From assembly GCA_965209155.1 (NCBI GenBank), contig OZ242383.1, positions 3,264,001 through 3,328,000 of the forward strand: a stretch of 64,000 bases of DNA, written 5' to 3'. The translations under genes and the position numbers were made by a program. This stretch comes from a bacterium. GTDB taxonomy: Bacteria; SAR324; NAC60-12. A model generated the notes under the pieces. The model saw nothing but the letters and a program-made list of their open reading frames with translations. It was not told the DNA's origin and ran no database searches. Below are positions 50,894-60,937 of the stretch, piece by piece; within the stretch, counting starts at the first letter, position 1; each line of letters begins with the position of its first letter.

Positions 50894-52411
50894 ATGCTCT
50901 CGAAAGTTCATAAGTATATTCATTCCATTTCATCGACAGCCCCCCTTGAGGCTCTTCAAGAAGCCTGTCAACTCTTTGAAAAAGAACGGGAGCAATGGAA
51001 GAAAGAGCGATTAAAACTCCTCGAACGTCTCGAAATAGAAAATAAGCGTATTGAAGCGCTCGAAGCAGAAAATAAGCAACTTCGGGATCAGCTGGCTCTC
51101 AACAGCCAAAACTCAAGTAAGCCTCCTTCCAGCGATCCAAGTCGAAAGAACAAAAGTTTGCGTAAAAGCAGGGGTCGCTCTCGCGGAGGTCAACCCGGTC
51201 ATAAAGGCCATCATTTGCCTTTCAGTGAATCACCAGATCATGTGGAGCCTCATTTTGTCAGCACCTGTGAAGCCTGTGGAGAAGATTTATCCCAGGTGAT
51301 GGTTGAGGCCCGGCATAAACGCCAAGTGTTTGATCTTCCCCCGCTCCAATTAGAGGTCACCGAGCATCAGGTGGAACAAAAAATTTGTCCCTGCTGCCGG
51401 CATCTGAATCGCTCGAGCTTTCCAGCAGGGATTGAGGGACCCACTCAATATGGTCCCCGGATCAAAGGCTTAGCGGTTTATCTCAATCAATATCAGTTTC
51501 TGCCCTTTGATCGATGCCAGCAATTCTTTGAGGATCTGTTCGGCCATCCGCTCAATGCGGCCACGATTTATGCTAGCCTCCAGCAAGCCGCCCAGAGGCT
51601 TAATCCCTTGCAACAACAAGTGGCTGAAGCTCTGATTCAAGCGGAGGTGGTTCATTTTGATGAAACCTCCCTCTTTGAAAACAAACAACGTCGTTGGCTT
51701 CATTCAGCCTCTACCGAAGAGTTGACCTTTTATTTTATCCACGACAAACGGGGTCGAGCCGGAATGGATGCTGCCGGTATCCTGCCTCGGTTTGAAAAGA
51801 CAGCCATTCATGATCACTGGGAGAGCTACCAGCATTATGAGTGTGATCATGGCTTTTGCAATGCGCATCATTTACGTGAACTCACTCGGGCCTGTGAACA
51901 AGAAAAGGCCTTCTGGGCTCAGGAGATGAGCGACTTACTGGTAGAGATCAAAGAGCAAGTAGACCAAGCCAAGTTCAAAGAACAATCTGCTTTGAGTCCA
52001 ATCCAACTGGATCACTTCCGGCAACGCTATCGGGATATCACCCAAGAAGCCCTTAAGCTCTATCCTCCCCCTCCTCAAACAAAGAAACGAGGACGCCCCA
52101 AACAGAGCAAAGCCAAAAATTTACTCGATCGCTTGATCCTCTATGAAAAGGAAAGCTTGTTATTCATGGATGACTTCCGGGTTCCTTTTGACAACAACCA
52201 AGCCGAGCGAGATATTCGCATGGTTAAATTGAAACAGAAAATCTCAGGCGGCTTCCGAACGGCTGAAGGATCACAGGCTTTTTGTACCATCCGAGGAGCT
52301 ATTTCCACTACCAGAAAACAGGGAAAATCCATCTTCGAGATGCTCACACAGGCTTTGTCTCTCCCGGATCCAGTCCGGGACAAGCTTTTACCTGCGCCTC
52401 CTTGTTACTGA
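50894..52411 (+). CDS. IS66 family transposase (single TnpC-type ORF)
   Basis: Leucine zipper, NSSKPPSSD, GGQPGHKG, CxxC zinc finger, HFDET, CNAHHLREL, FDNNQAERDIR. Confidence 0.92.
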   Translation: MLSKVHKYIHSISSTAPLEALQEACQLFEKEREQWKKERLKLLERLEIENKRIEALEAENKQLRDQLALNSQNSSKPPSSDPSRKNKSLRKSRGRSRGGQPGHKGHHLPFSESPDHVEPHFVSTCEACGEDLSQVMVEARHKRQVFDLPPLQLEVTEHQVEQKICPCCRHLNRSSFPAGIEGPTQYGPRIKGLAVYLNQYQFLPFDRCQQFFEDLFGHPLNAATIYASLQQAAQRLNPLQQQVAEALIQAEVVHFDETSLFENKQRRWLHSASTEELTFYFIHDKRGRAGMDAAGILPRFEKTAIHDHWESYQHYECDHGFCNAHHLRELTRACEQEKAFWAQEMSDLLVEIKEQVDQAKFKEQSALSPIQLDHFRQRYRDITQEALKLYPPPPQTKKRGRPKQSKAKNLLDRLILYEKESLLFMDDFRVPFDNNQAERDIRMVKLKQKISGGFRTAEGSQAFCTIRGAISTTRKQGKSIFEMLTQALSLPDPVRDKLLPAPPCY

Positions 52412-52702
52412 AACTCCCCTTTTTTTAAACGTTTCGCCCCTTGCGGGCAAAACGTATTCCTGGCAAACATAGCATCGTCAATGCGATTTTGTAGATCGTG
52501 AAAACGAGTTGTCAGTGGAGTATGCTCCTCCATGATTTACCTCCCTGGCAAAGCGTTTACGATCATTATCGCCATTGGAAAAAACACTGGATTGTGGAGT
52601 GAACCTTCGCTTTTTGGCTCATGATCATAAAGAAGCGGATCTCCCTGATTGATAGATTTTTAATTTTTTTTTACGAATCCTGCATTTTTTTTAATTTGGG
52701 GG

Positions 52703-52738
52703 TTGACATTATGCAAGTAGTAGTAGTAGTGCTATAAT
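52703..52738 (+). promoter_or_regulatory. Outward-facing promoter in the IS66 right arm: TTGACA - (AGT)5-containing 24-nt spacer - TATAAT with TG extension
   Basis: Read directly; the copy at 63568-63600 has (AGT)4 and a 21-nt spacer. Confidence 0.5.
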
Positions 52739-52900
52739 CATACCATCACTAAGTTGTTTTAGTGAAAGAAGAGGGTTTCCGATCGATGGAACAATATCGT
52801 GGGAGGACTTGAAAACGATCAGTCCTCTCCGGAAATTTTTTTCAACGTTATTTGACTAAACGGGTTTTCAGAGACCTGAATAGTTACACCGAGTCCAACG

Positions 52901-53506
52901 ATGAACCGGAAACCATTGCGGGAACTGCTGGAGGGGTCCGTTCAAGGGAAGGAAGACGCTTTTGAGGAGTTGTACCAACACTACAGGGCATATATCGTCC
53001 ACACTACCCAATCGCTGATTGGCAAGTATCGGAGCCTACATCAGGCGGATGAGGTGGTTCAGGAAATCTGGAAGGATTTGTGGGAGAGCAAGCTGGAGAA
53101 ATTCCAAGGCGAGGCCGATAAAGCCTTCCTGGGTTGGCTGTACAGAGTCGTTCAGAATCATCTGCTGGACCAAATCAGACGTGCCAAACGGCAGCCGGAA
53201 GTCGCTGCCCCGGAAGAGGTGGATGAGCTGCGCTCTATGCAGGCCTGGTGGGAGGCCCAGTCGACGGAATTGCAGGAAGAGAAGATTGAGCGGGCAGGAG
53301 AGGCTATGAGACAACTGGAAGACGAGCATCCCCAAGCCTCTCGGCTGCTGCGCCGCTGCTATTGGGACGGGCTGTCCCTTGAAGCCCTTGCCGCCGAGGA
53401 GTTGGCGCTTCCTAGAAAGGAACTGACCAAGACCGAAAAGGATATGATCTCCCAACAGTTGCACCGCGCCAGAGAGCGATTTCGGGGAATTTTTGAGAAA
53501 ATTTGA
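52901..53506 (+). CDS. ECF-type sigma factor, copy E (intact)
   Basis: 201 aa, near-identical to copy B except for a diverged region-4 block. Confidence 0.82.
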   Translation: MNRKPLRELLEGSVQGKEDAFEELYQHYRAYIVHTTQSLIGKYRSLHQADEVVQEIWKDLWESKLEKFQGEADKAFLGWLYRVVQNHLLDQIRRAKRQPEVAAPEEVDELRSMQAWWEAQSTELQEEKIERAGEAMRQLEDEHPQASRLLRRCYWDGLSLEALAAEELALPRKELTKTEKDMISQQLHRARERFRGIFEKI

Positions 53507-53913
53507 ATATTTTTGTCAGATTTTTGCTCTTGGTACGTTATATAAATAGAGGCACTCGGTTTCCAAGCCAGAAAGCAATTTCAGGAAATTTTTGAGAAAA
53601 TTTGATTTTTTTGGTGATATTCTGGCTCTTGGTACGTTATATATATGAGAGGGCTTGGTTTCCAAACGCTCATTTTCCTCAAAAAAGACCCATTCTGGTC
53701 AAAAAAATAGTCCGGGTGACAGAGAGCGATTTCGGGGAATTTTTGAGAAAATTTGATTTTTTTGGTGATATTCTGGCTCTTGGTACGTTATATAAATAGG
53801 AGGGCTCGGTTTCCTCGCCAGAGAGCGATTTCGGGGAATTTTTGAGAAAATTTGATTTTTTTGGTGATATTCTGGCTCTTGGTACGTTATATAAATAGGA
53901 GGGCTCGGTTTCC
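53467..53913 (+). repeat. Four tandem copies of a ~97-bp sigma-end/intergenic unit (second copy extended)
   Basis: cagagagcgatttc...tttttgagaaaatttga...ctcttggtacgttatata...ggtttcc at ~53467, 53567, 53720 and 53817. Confidence 0.88.
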
Positions 53914-54100
53914 ATACGCTCATTTTCCTCAAAAAAGACCCATTCTGGTCAAAAAAATAGTCCGGATGAAGATACTCGCGAAGAAACTTTTCGCCCTCTG
54001 CAGAGAGTTCCCCGTGGCAGGCGCCGTGCCCGCCACGACAACCCGATTCGCCCCACAGCGGGTGAATCATTCTCAAAACCCTCAAATAAAAGAGGTAATT

Positions 54101-55921
54101 ATGAGTATTATAAAAAAACTTGTCGCCTCCTTCGTGGGGCTGAACCCGGCAGGCCTCAGGTCTGCTGCAAAAATGCAATCCTTATTGCTCACCCTCACCC
54201 TGATGGTGGCCGCATTTTGGGTCAGTTCGGCTGTGGCAGCCGAGAAAAAGATGGTCAAAGATCCGGCCACTGGTAAAATGGTAACCGCACCTGAGTATGG
54301 CGGGACACTCAGGTTAGGTTGGAACCGTGAGCCCGAGGGTACTGACCCCTCGATCGCGGGAGGCTGGGCGGGGTTCCTCCTCAGTGGCGTTGCGCAGAAG
54401 TTAGCCGAGGGGGACTGGGCAATAGATAGGGATGAATTTGCATATCTAACCGATTTTATTCCTGTACCTGTACTGAAAGGTCAGCTTGCTGAAAGCTGGG
54501 AAACGCCCGACGCACTAACTGTTATAGTCCACATCCGCAAGGGCGTTCACTGGCATGATAAGCCACCGATGAACGGTCGGGAGCTGACTGCCGATGATAT
54601 CGAATACAACTTTCACCGTCTGACGGGTACGGGCAGCGGCTTCAGCGGACCTGCTGGCTATTATGAGCATATGACAAATTTGCCATGGGAATCGATAACC
54701 GCCACCGACAAATGGACGGTTGTTTTTAAGCTGAAGGAGCCAGTGTTCGGTGTGTTGACGCAGATAATCGATCACCACATGGTTTATATATTGCCCCCCG
54801 AGGTAATCGAGGAACACGGCGATGTTAACGATTGGAGAAACGTGGTCGGCACCGGGCCCTATATGCTGACTGAGTGGGTCGAGGGCAGCTCTATAAGCTG
54901 GGACAAGAATCCTGACTACTGGGGCTACGACGAAAAATACCCGCAGAACCGCCTGCCCTATATTGACGAGATAAGAGCCCTGATTATGCCAGACGAAGCA
55001 ACACGACTGGCGGCACTACGCACGGCTAAGGTTGATTTCGTAGGTGTCGGCTCCCAGTCTCCTATAATGTCTATCGACTCGGCAGAGAGCCTCAAGCAGA
55101 CCAACCCCGAAATCCAGGTGGAGCCGTGGTTTCAGCGGTCGAATACAAGCTTTGCCACTAACGTGACCGAGCCGCCCTTTAACGACATCAGGGTGCGTCA
55201 CGCAATGCAGATGGCACTGGACCTTGAGACAATAGCTAATACCTTCTTCAAGGGTTATGCCAGGACCACACCTATGGGGATAGTAGGGAGAAAGGGGTAT
55301 TACGTCCCGTTTGAAGAGTGGTCGGAAGACATCAAGCAATACTACAGGTATGACCCGGAAGGTGCCGAGAAACTTCTTGATGAGGCTGGGTATCCGCGCG
55401 GCTCGGACGGCATAAGGTTTAAGACCACCCAGGATCTTCTATATCTTAAAGACTATCCGGAAATAGCCGAAGAATACTGGCGTCAGATCGGCGTTCATGT
55501 GACGAGTTATCAACAGGACGCCCCTTCTTATGACGCTCGTTTCGCTGATCAAAGTTATGGAGGTATGACTTGGTGGCTTGGCGCGGCCCCATCTGACCCT
55601 ATGCAGTTGCTTGCCTATTCTAAGTCGGGCCATTGGGGGAACCGCCACGGAACCAGCGACCCGGCTTTTGATGCCATGTATGAAGCCGCCGAAGCCGCTA
55701 CCACCGAGGAGGAGCAGATGAGGCTGATTAGAGAGATGGATATGTACTATATAGAGCAGCACTGGACGATATGGGGTCCCATCACTCCATTGTTTGGTGC
55801 GGTGCAGCCGTGGGTCAAAGGTTGGAGCGGTGAAACCAAACTCGGAGCAATGAACTACAGTAGTGGCCTCTTCTCCCGCCTGTGGATTGATAGTGAGCTA
55901 AAGGAAGAAATGGGTCATTAG
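54101..55921 (+). CDS. Family-5 ABC substrate-binding protein, paralog 6
   Basis: MSIIKK leader and SBP motifs. Confidence 0.88.
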   Translation: MSIIKKLVASFVGLNPAGLRSAAKMQSLLLTLTLMVAAFWVSSAVAAEKKMVKDPATGKMVTAPEYGGTLRLGWNREPEGTDPSIAGGWAGFLLSGVAQKLAEGDWAIDRDEFAYLTDFIPVPVLKGQLAESWETPDALTVIVHIRKGVHWHDKPPMNGRELTADDIEYNFHRLTGTGSGFSGPAGYYEHMTNLPWESITATDKWTVVFKLKEPVFGVLTQIIDHHMVYILPPEVIEEHGDVNDWRNVVGTGPYMLTEWVEGSSISWDKNPDYWGYDEKYPQNRLPYIDEIRALIMPDEATRLAALRTAKVDFVGVGSQSPIMSIDSAESLKQTNPEIQVEPWFQRSNTSFATNVTEPPFNDIRVRHAMQMALDLETIANTFFKGYARTTPMGIVGRKGYYVPFEEWSEDIKQYYRYDPEGAEKLLDEAGYPRGSDGIRFKTTQDLLYLKDYPEIAEEYWRQIGVHVTSYQQDAPSYDARFADQSYGGMTWWLGAAPSDPMQLLAYSKSGHWGNRHGTSDPAFDAMYEAAEAATTEEEQMRLIREMDMYYIEQHWTIWGPITPLFGAVQPWVKGWSGETKLGAMNYSSGLFSRLWIDSELKEEMGH

Positions 55922-55930
55922 GGGTTTCAC

Positions 55931-56926
55931 GTGAGAGCCTATATCATCCGGCGCTTATTGCTGATAATCCCCACCTTGTTTATATTGACCATCATAGTCT
56001 TTCTCTCGGTCCGCTTCATCCCCGGCGATGTAATAGACGTGATGGTGGGTAGGATGATACATTATGGTGATTTTGACCGTGAAGCTCTTGAGCGTATGCT
56101 GGGATTAGACGTGCCTGTCTACGTGCAGTATGGACGCTGGATAGGAGTGTTGCCGATCCCTGACTGGGTTACCGGTGAGTCCCGCTACAACGGTCTCCTC
56201 CACGGCACCCTTGGCAAATCACTGGTAGGCGACTGGACGGTAGAGGAGAAGATATTAGATAGATTGCCGGTAACCATTGAGCTTGGCGTCCTGGCACTCG
56301 TAATCGGGCTCGTGATAGCGCTGCCGGTCGGCATCTACTCGGCGATGCGGCAGGATACGGCCGCCGACTATGTGGGGCGCTCCGCCGCCATCATCGGCAT
56401 GGCAACGCCTAACTTCTGGCTGGCCACTATGGTCATGATCTTCCCGGCAATCTGGTGGGGTTGGTCGCCACCGATGGAATACATGCCTTTCACGGAAGAC
56501 CCGCTGGGGAATCTCGGGGTACTCATCATTCCCAGTGTGATTCTGGGGACGGCCCTGTCTGCCAGCACCATGCGGATGACGCGCACCATGATGCTGGAGG
56601 TGCTCCGGCAGGACTACATCCGCACCGCCTGGTCCAAGGGACTCAGGGAGCGGGTGGTTGTCGTGCGGCACGCCATCAAAAATGCCCTCATCCCGGTAGT
56701 TACCCTGGTAGGAATGCAGTTGCCTATCCTGATCGGCGGCTCCGTGATCATGGAGAACGTCTTCAACCTGCCGGGGCTCGGTCGTTTGATGGTGAATGCA
56801 CTCGAGGAACGAGACTACCCGATGGTCTCCGGAATAAACCTGGTTTTCGCCACCGCGGTTGTGGGGGTCAATCTGTTTATCGACCTGATTTATCCCTATT
56901 TTGACCCCAGGGTCCGCTACAAGTAG
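55931..56926 (+). CDS. OppB/DppB-like ABC permease
   Basis: Paralog carrying the PDWVTGES loop insertion. Confidence 0.9.
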   Translation: MRAYIIRRLLLIIPTLFILTIIVFLSVRFIPGDVIDVMVGRMIHYGDFDREALERMLGLDVPVYVQYGRWIGVLPIPDWVTGESRYNGLLHGTLGKSLVGDWTVEEKILDRLPVTIELGVLALVIGLVIALPVGIYSAMRQDTAADYVGRSAAIIGMATPNFWLATMVMIFPAIWWGWSPPMEYMPFTEDPLGNLGVLIIPSVILGTALSASTMRMTRTMMLEVLRQDYIRTAWSKGLRERVVVVRHAIKNALIPVVTLVGMQLPILIGGSVIMENVFNLPGLGRLMVNALEERDYPMVSGINLVFATAVVGVNLFIDLIYPYFDPRVRYK

Positions 56927-56939
56927 TTGAGGCGAAAAG

Positions 56940-57911
56940 ATGAGTCAGGTTAGAGATATCCCGGTACAAGAAGCGGAAACGAAGAGACGCAACGCCTTGG
57001 CTGATTTCTTTATCAGGCTGTGGGGGGAGAAGCCACTAGGTACTATCAGCGGGATTATTATATTGATATTGATTTTTGTCGCTATCTTCGCCGATGTTCT
57101 GGCCCCTTATGGATATCGTGAAATGCACCTGGCAGACAGGTTTCAGGGCGCATCAGCCCAGTATCTGCTGGGTACCGACCAGTTTGGGCGAGACTTCTTG
57201 AGCCGAATTATCTACGGGGCTCGAATTTCGTTAATTGTCGGTCTGGCGGCGACCGCTCTCAATGTTGTCGTCGCTGTCCTGATAGGCGGCATTTCAGGAT
57301 TCCTTGGTGGCAAATTGGACTTGGTTATGCAGAGATTTGTCGATGCCTGGATGTGTTTCCCGGGACTGCTCCTGTTGTTAACGATAATGTCCATAGTGGG
57401 GCGGGGTCTGCCACAGATAATAGTGGTCCTGGGGATAACAGGAGGTATCGGTGGTTCAAGAGTAGTCAGAGGCGCCGTTATTGGCATAAAGGAGAATGTG
57501 TATTTTCAGGCGGCGGAGGCGATTGGCTGCAAAAAATGGAGAACATTTATGCGACATGTCCTGCCCAATATTATGCCTGTCGTAATCATCATATTTAGCA
57601 TCAACATCGGGGGGGTGATCCTGAGTGCGGCTGCTCTGAGCTTCCTCGGATACGGTCTGCCAGCCGCTATTCCTGAGTGGGGAGGTATGCTCAGCTGGGA
57701 AGGGCGCAGATTCATGGAGCAGGCGCCATGGCTGGCTCTCTGGCCCGGCCTTGCCCTGACTATTACCGTTTACAGTCTGAACATGTTCGGCGATGCGGTG
57801 AGGGACCTGCTGGATCCCCGGCTGCGGGGCGGACAGGGCAGTTACGGCACTGCGGTGGTGAAACGCAAACGTGGATTCCTGGCTCGACTGATCCACCCTT
57901 TCAACGGGTAA
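56940..57911 (+). CDS. OppC/DppC-like ABC permease
   Basis: LLGTDQFGRD, HVLPN, LSFLGYG, GDAVRDLLDPR. Confidence 0.9.
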   Translation: MSQVRDIPVQEAETKRRNALADFFIRLWGEKPLGTISGIIILILIFVAIFADVLAPYGYREMHLADRFQGASAQYLLGTDQFGRDFLSRIIYGARISLIVGLAATALNVVVAVLIGGISGFLGGKLDLVMQRFVDAWMCFPGLLLLLTIMSIVGRGLPQIIVVLGITGGIGGSRVVRGAVIGIKENVYFQAAEAIGCKKWRTFMRHVLPNIMPVVIIIFSINIGGVILSAAALSFLGYGLPAAIPEWGGMLSWEGRRFMEQAPWLALWPGLALTITVYSLNMFGDAVRDLLDPRLRGGQGSYGTAVVKRKRGFLARLIHPFNG

Positions 57912-58469
57912 ATGCGCAAAACTTGTCCTCGTGAAAACGGGGAGGAGCCCGTCTCTTTTTCCTTCTTGAGAATCGCTGTTTTTGCTTCTTCCTCGAGTTT
58001 GGACCATTGGAAAGAATCAAGCCCGAGAGAACCTCTTCTTTTTTTAGACCTGGATTATTCATTGTGCTAACGACGAGTTAACCGGGGTTTTACCGAAGCG
58101 AGGAACGAGCGCGGGTAAAAATGTTAACGCCACTGTAAAACTTAACCAAGTGTGGCGACTTGAATGATAGCCAATAGTTAGCGGATGTTTTTTTACTACT
58201 TTTTACTTTGTCTCGTTTTTTCTTCTATTCATTTACTTTCCAATCAATAAATTTTGTTTTCCTCTCCATTTTCTTTCTCATGCTTGTTCTTCCTTCCTCT
58301 GAGAGCTGAATCAACATGGAGCGAGCAATGGTGTAAGAAGTTGTTTTACCTGTTCATTTTTCTTCTTCATTTGAGTGGGAGGCAGTGATTTCTTTGATAC
58401 TTTGAGTCATGTTCCTGTAAGACAAGTTTTTCTTGAAGGAAGCCCCTCAAAGCATCAACAGGAGATCCT

Positions 58470-59000
58470 ATGCAAACAGGTAGATGCATCAACTGCCACC
58501 AATTTTTCCTCCGCCGCCCTCAAAACAAGGAGCAAAGTTACTGCAGCCTGAAGAGGTGTCAGCGTGCGCGCAAGACGAATTGGGAGCGTAAAAAGTTAGC
58601 CAGCGATCCAGACTATCAACAGAACCGAAAAGCTAGTCAGAAGGCTTGGCAAGAAAGCCACCGCGATTATTGGAAAGTCTATCGAGAAAAACATCCAGTT
58701 CAGGCTGAGCGCAATCGAAAACTTCAGTTGATCCGCAATGCCAAACAGCGGGGGTATATTGTGGAAAAACTCTCGATGAATACCATTCCTTCCATCTCTC
58801 CGCTCAGATCAAAGCCCTTCTCGCTCTCATCAGTGCCGATTGCAAAGACGGACGCGTCCATCCCTTATCAATTCTGCCTTATCGCCTCCTCCGATGAGGA
58901 TTTGATTGCAAAGATGGACGCGTCAAATTCCTCCCCTGCCCAGATTTTTAAGGCTTTTGTTGAGCTTCCTTTGATTGCAAAGATGGACGCGTTAACCTAA
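58470..59000 (+). CDS. IS21 passenger ORF: Cys-rich N-terminus and three IAK(M/T)DA repeats
   Basis: SD AGGAG; CINC...YCSLKRC; basic helical region. Confidence 0.6.
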   Translation: MQTGRCINCHQFFLRRPQNKEQSYCSLKRCQRARKTNWERKKLASDPDYQQNRKASQKAWQESHRDYWKVYREKHPVQAERNRKLQLIRNAKQRGYIVEKLSMNTIPSISPLRSKPFSLSSVPIAKTDASIPYQFCLIASSDEDLIAKMDASNSSPAQIFKAFVELPLIAKMDALT

Positions 59001-59124
59001 AAGAACCTTGAGATATCAACAACTTATCCGTGATTGCAAAGAAGGACTTTATTGCCACCACCCTTCAGTTGAGTTAAAAACGATGAAAACCTTGTTAACC
59101 ATCCATCCAAAAGAAGGAGCTGTG

Positions 59125-59478
59125 ATGAGAAAGCAGTTGATTATGAAAAGCAGACGACGGGTGATCGAGGGAAGTTTTAGCTTCATTCCTCACCGATTTT
59201 TGAGGGAGGGCTTTTTTGAATGCCTGCGATCTGAGGAATTGATCTTATATTTTTTTTATGTGATGGCCGCGGATGCTCAAGGACTTTCCTACTACAGTCT
59301 CAAGACCATCACTCAACTGCTGAAAATGGAGAGGGATGTCTATCAACAGGCCTTGAGTGGTTTATTGCAAATGGATCTGATCGCCACAGAAGAGACCTTA
59401 GTGCAGGTCCTTCACTTGCCCCTGTCTCCACTAAGAAGATCCCCCTCACCCTCTGACTGTAAAGGTCCCTGTGATTGA
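59125..59478 (+). CDS. IS21 passenger ORF, putative winged-HTH protein
   Basis: SD AAGGAG; GSFSFIPHRFL...LYFFYVMAADAQGLSYYS...L...DLIA; overlaps the istA start. Confidence 0.6.
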   Translation: MRKQLIMKSRRRVIEGSFSFIPHRFLREGFFECLRSEELILYFFYVMAADAQGLSYYSLKTITQLLKMERDVYQQALSGLLQMDLIATEETLVQVLHLPLSPLRRSPSPSDCKGPCD

Positions 59479-60937
59479 TCAGCATACTCTCTTTGAAATC
59501 CATCGCCTGCATGCAGAAGGACTTTCTCAGCGAAAAATTGCTCTTCGCTTGAACCTTTCCCGTGCGACGGTGAAGCGGCATCTCTGCCATCCTCAAATTG
59601 TGCGAAAAAAAATTAAAAAACCATCTAAACTCAATCCTTTTAAAGCGCATATGGAGCAATGGTTGCAAAGTGATGCCAGCCTCAGCGCAACGGTGGTTTT
59701 GCAGCGTCTGCAAGGGCTTGGATTCGAGGGGAGGTATGGGATTGTGAAAGACTATCTCAGAAAGATTCGCCCCAAACCCGCTGCGATGCCCATCAGACGC
59801 TTTGAAAGCCAGCCGGGGGAACAGTTCCAAATCGATTGGGGTTTTTTTGGCAAACTCAGCTATGGACAAACCCAGCGAAAGCTTTATGCCCTGGCTGTCA
59901 TTGAATGCCATAGCCGAAAACTCTTTGTTTATTTTAGCCATTCGACAGACCAGACGGCTTTCCATCAGGCTTTATTAACCGCCTTCCAGTTCTACGGAGG
60001 AACTACCAAAGAACTGGTGTTTGATAACATGAAAACCGCCGTCGTTGAACGAGTGGGATCCATCATCCGATTTAACGGAGCCTTTTTAGATTTTCTCCGC
60101 CCCTTTCAGCTCATCCCGAAGGCTTGTTCGCCGAGGCTTCCGCGATCGAAAGGCAAAGTGGAGAGGGTGATCCGCTATATTCGGGATAATTTTTGGCCTC
60201 TTCGTCAGTTCAAAGATCTGGCCGATGTCCAGCAGCAAATGAATCATTGGCTGCAGACAGTGGCCAATGTGCGCCAGCATCAAACCACCTTAGAAAAACC
60301 CGATGAACGCTTTCAACCTCAAACGCTTCGAGCCTTGCCCCCTTGCTTGCCCGATTGTTATCTGACCCGCCGTGTGACTGTCTTAGCCGATGCCACCGTG
60401 ACCTTCGATTCAAATTATTATTCCGTACCCGACTGGACATTAGGACACCGGCTCACCCTCAAAGCCGACCAATATGAGGTCTTGCTCTTTATTAAAGAGC
60501 GCCGTGTGGCCCAGCATTTAAGATCTTGGCAACGCAAACAAAGGCTGGAAAATCCCAAACATCGAAACCCTCAAAAACGCTCCCCTCTACCGCATCCGGA
60601 CTGTGTTTATTTTCTTTCATTGGCGCCCTGTTGCCAAACCTTTCTGCAGGGCATCAATCAATCGGGGATGGCTTTACAAAAGACGATTCAGCAACTGCTC
60701 AAACTTTTAGAGCAATACGGCTTAGACTCTTTAGTCATTGCCCTTGAAAAGGCCATCCATCACCACGCTTTTGGCCTCGATTATGTCAAAAATATCCTCT
60801 ACCAGGAAATGAGGCCCGTCTCCCATCAACCTCCAGTGGTTTTGAAACAAGAAGCCTTAAATCATATCCGCCTCACCCCGCATTCGCTGGCCGAATATGA
60901 TGCCCTCGTCCTGCAGAGAAAGAAGGGGGAGAGATGA
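59471..60937 (+). CDS. istA: IS21 transposase IstA
   Basis: N-terminal HTH (GLSQRKIA), RFESQPGEQFQIDWG, FDNMKTAV, SKGKVER. Confidence 0.92.
   Translation: MIDQHTLFEIHRLHAEGLSQRKIALRLNLSRATVKRHLCHPQIVRKKIKKPSKLNPFKAHMEQWLQSDASLSATVVLQRLQGLGFEGRYGIVKDYLRKIRPKPAAMPIRRFESQPGEQFQIDWGFFGKLSYGQTQRKLYALAVIECHSRKLFVYFSHSTDQTAFHQALLTAFQFYGGTTKELVFDNMKTAVVERVGSIIRFNGAFLDFLRPFQLIPKACSPRLPRSKGKVERVIRYIRDNFWPLRQFKDLADVQQQMNHWLQTVANVRQHQTTLEKPDERFQPQTLRALPPCLPDCYLTRRVTVLADATVTFDSNYYSVPDWTLGHRLTLKADQYEVLLFIKERRVAQHLRSWQRKQRLENPKHRNPQKRSPLPHPDCVYFLSLAPCCQTFLQGINQSGMALQKTIQQLLKLLEQYGLDSLVIALEKAIHHHAFGLDYVKNILYQEMRPVSHQPPVVLKQEALNHIRLTPHSLAEYDALVLQRKKGER

Larger units (their letters stand above)
50254..52887 (+). 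mobile_element. IS66-family unit with a passenger segment and 8-bp target duplication ACCGAGTC
   Basis: GTAACTATTCAGG at 50254, inner GTAACTATTTAGG at 50816, CCTGAATAGTTAC ending 52887; ACCGAGTC at 50246-50253 and 52888-52895. Confidence 0.85.

Noticed and set aside
53467..53913. CRISPR array
   Set aside because: Units are ~97 bp tandem duplications without unique spacers, and no cas genes are present
58838..59050. Mini-CRISPR suggested by 20-bp repeats at ~66-bp spacing
   Set aside because: Only 3-4 short, degenerate repeats inside an IS21 passenger ORF, with uneven spacing and no cas genes
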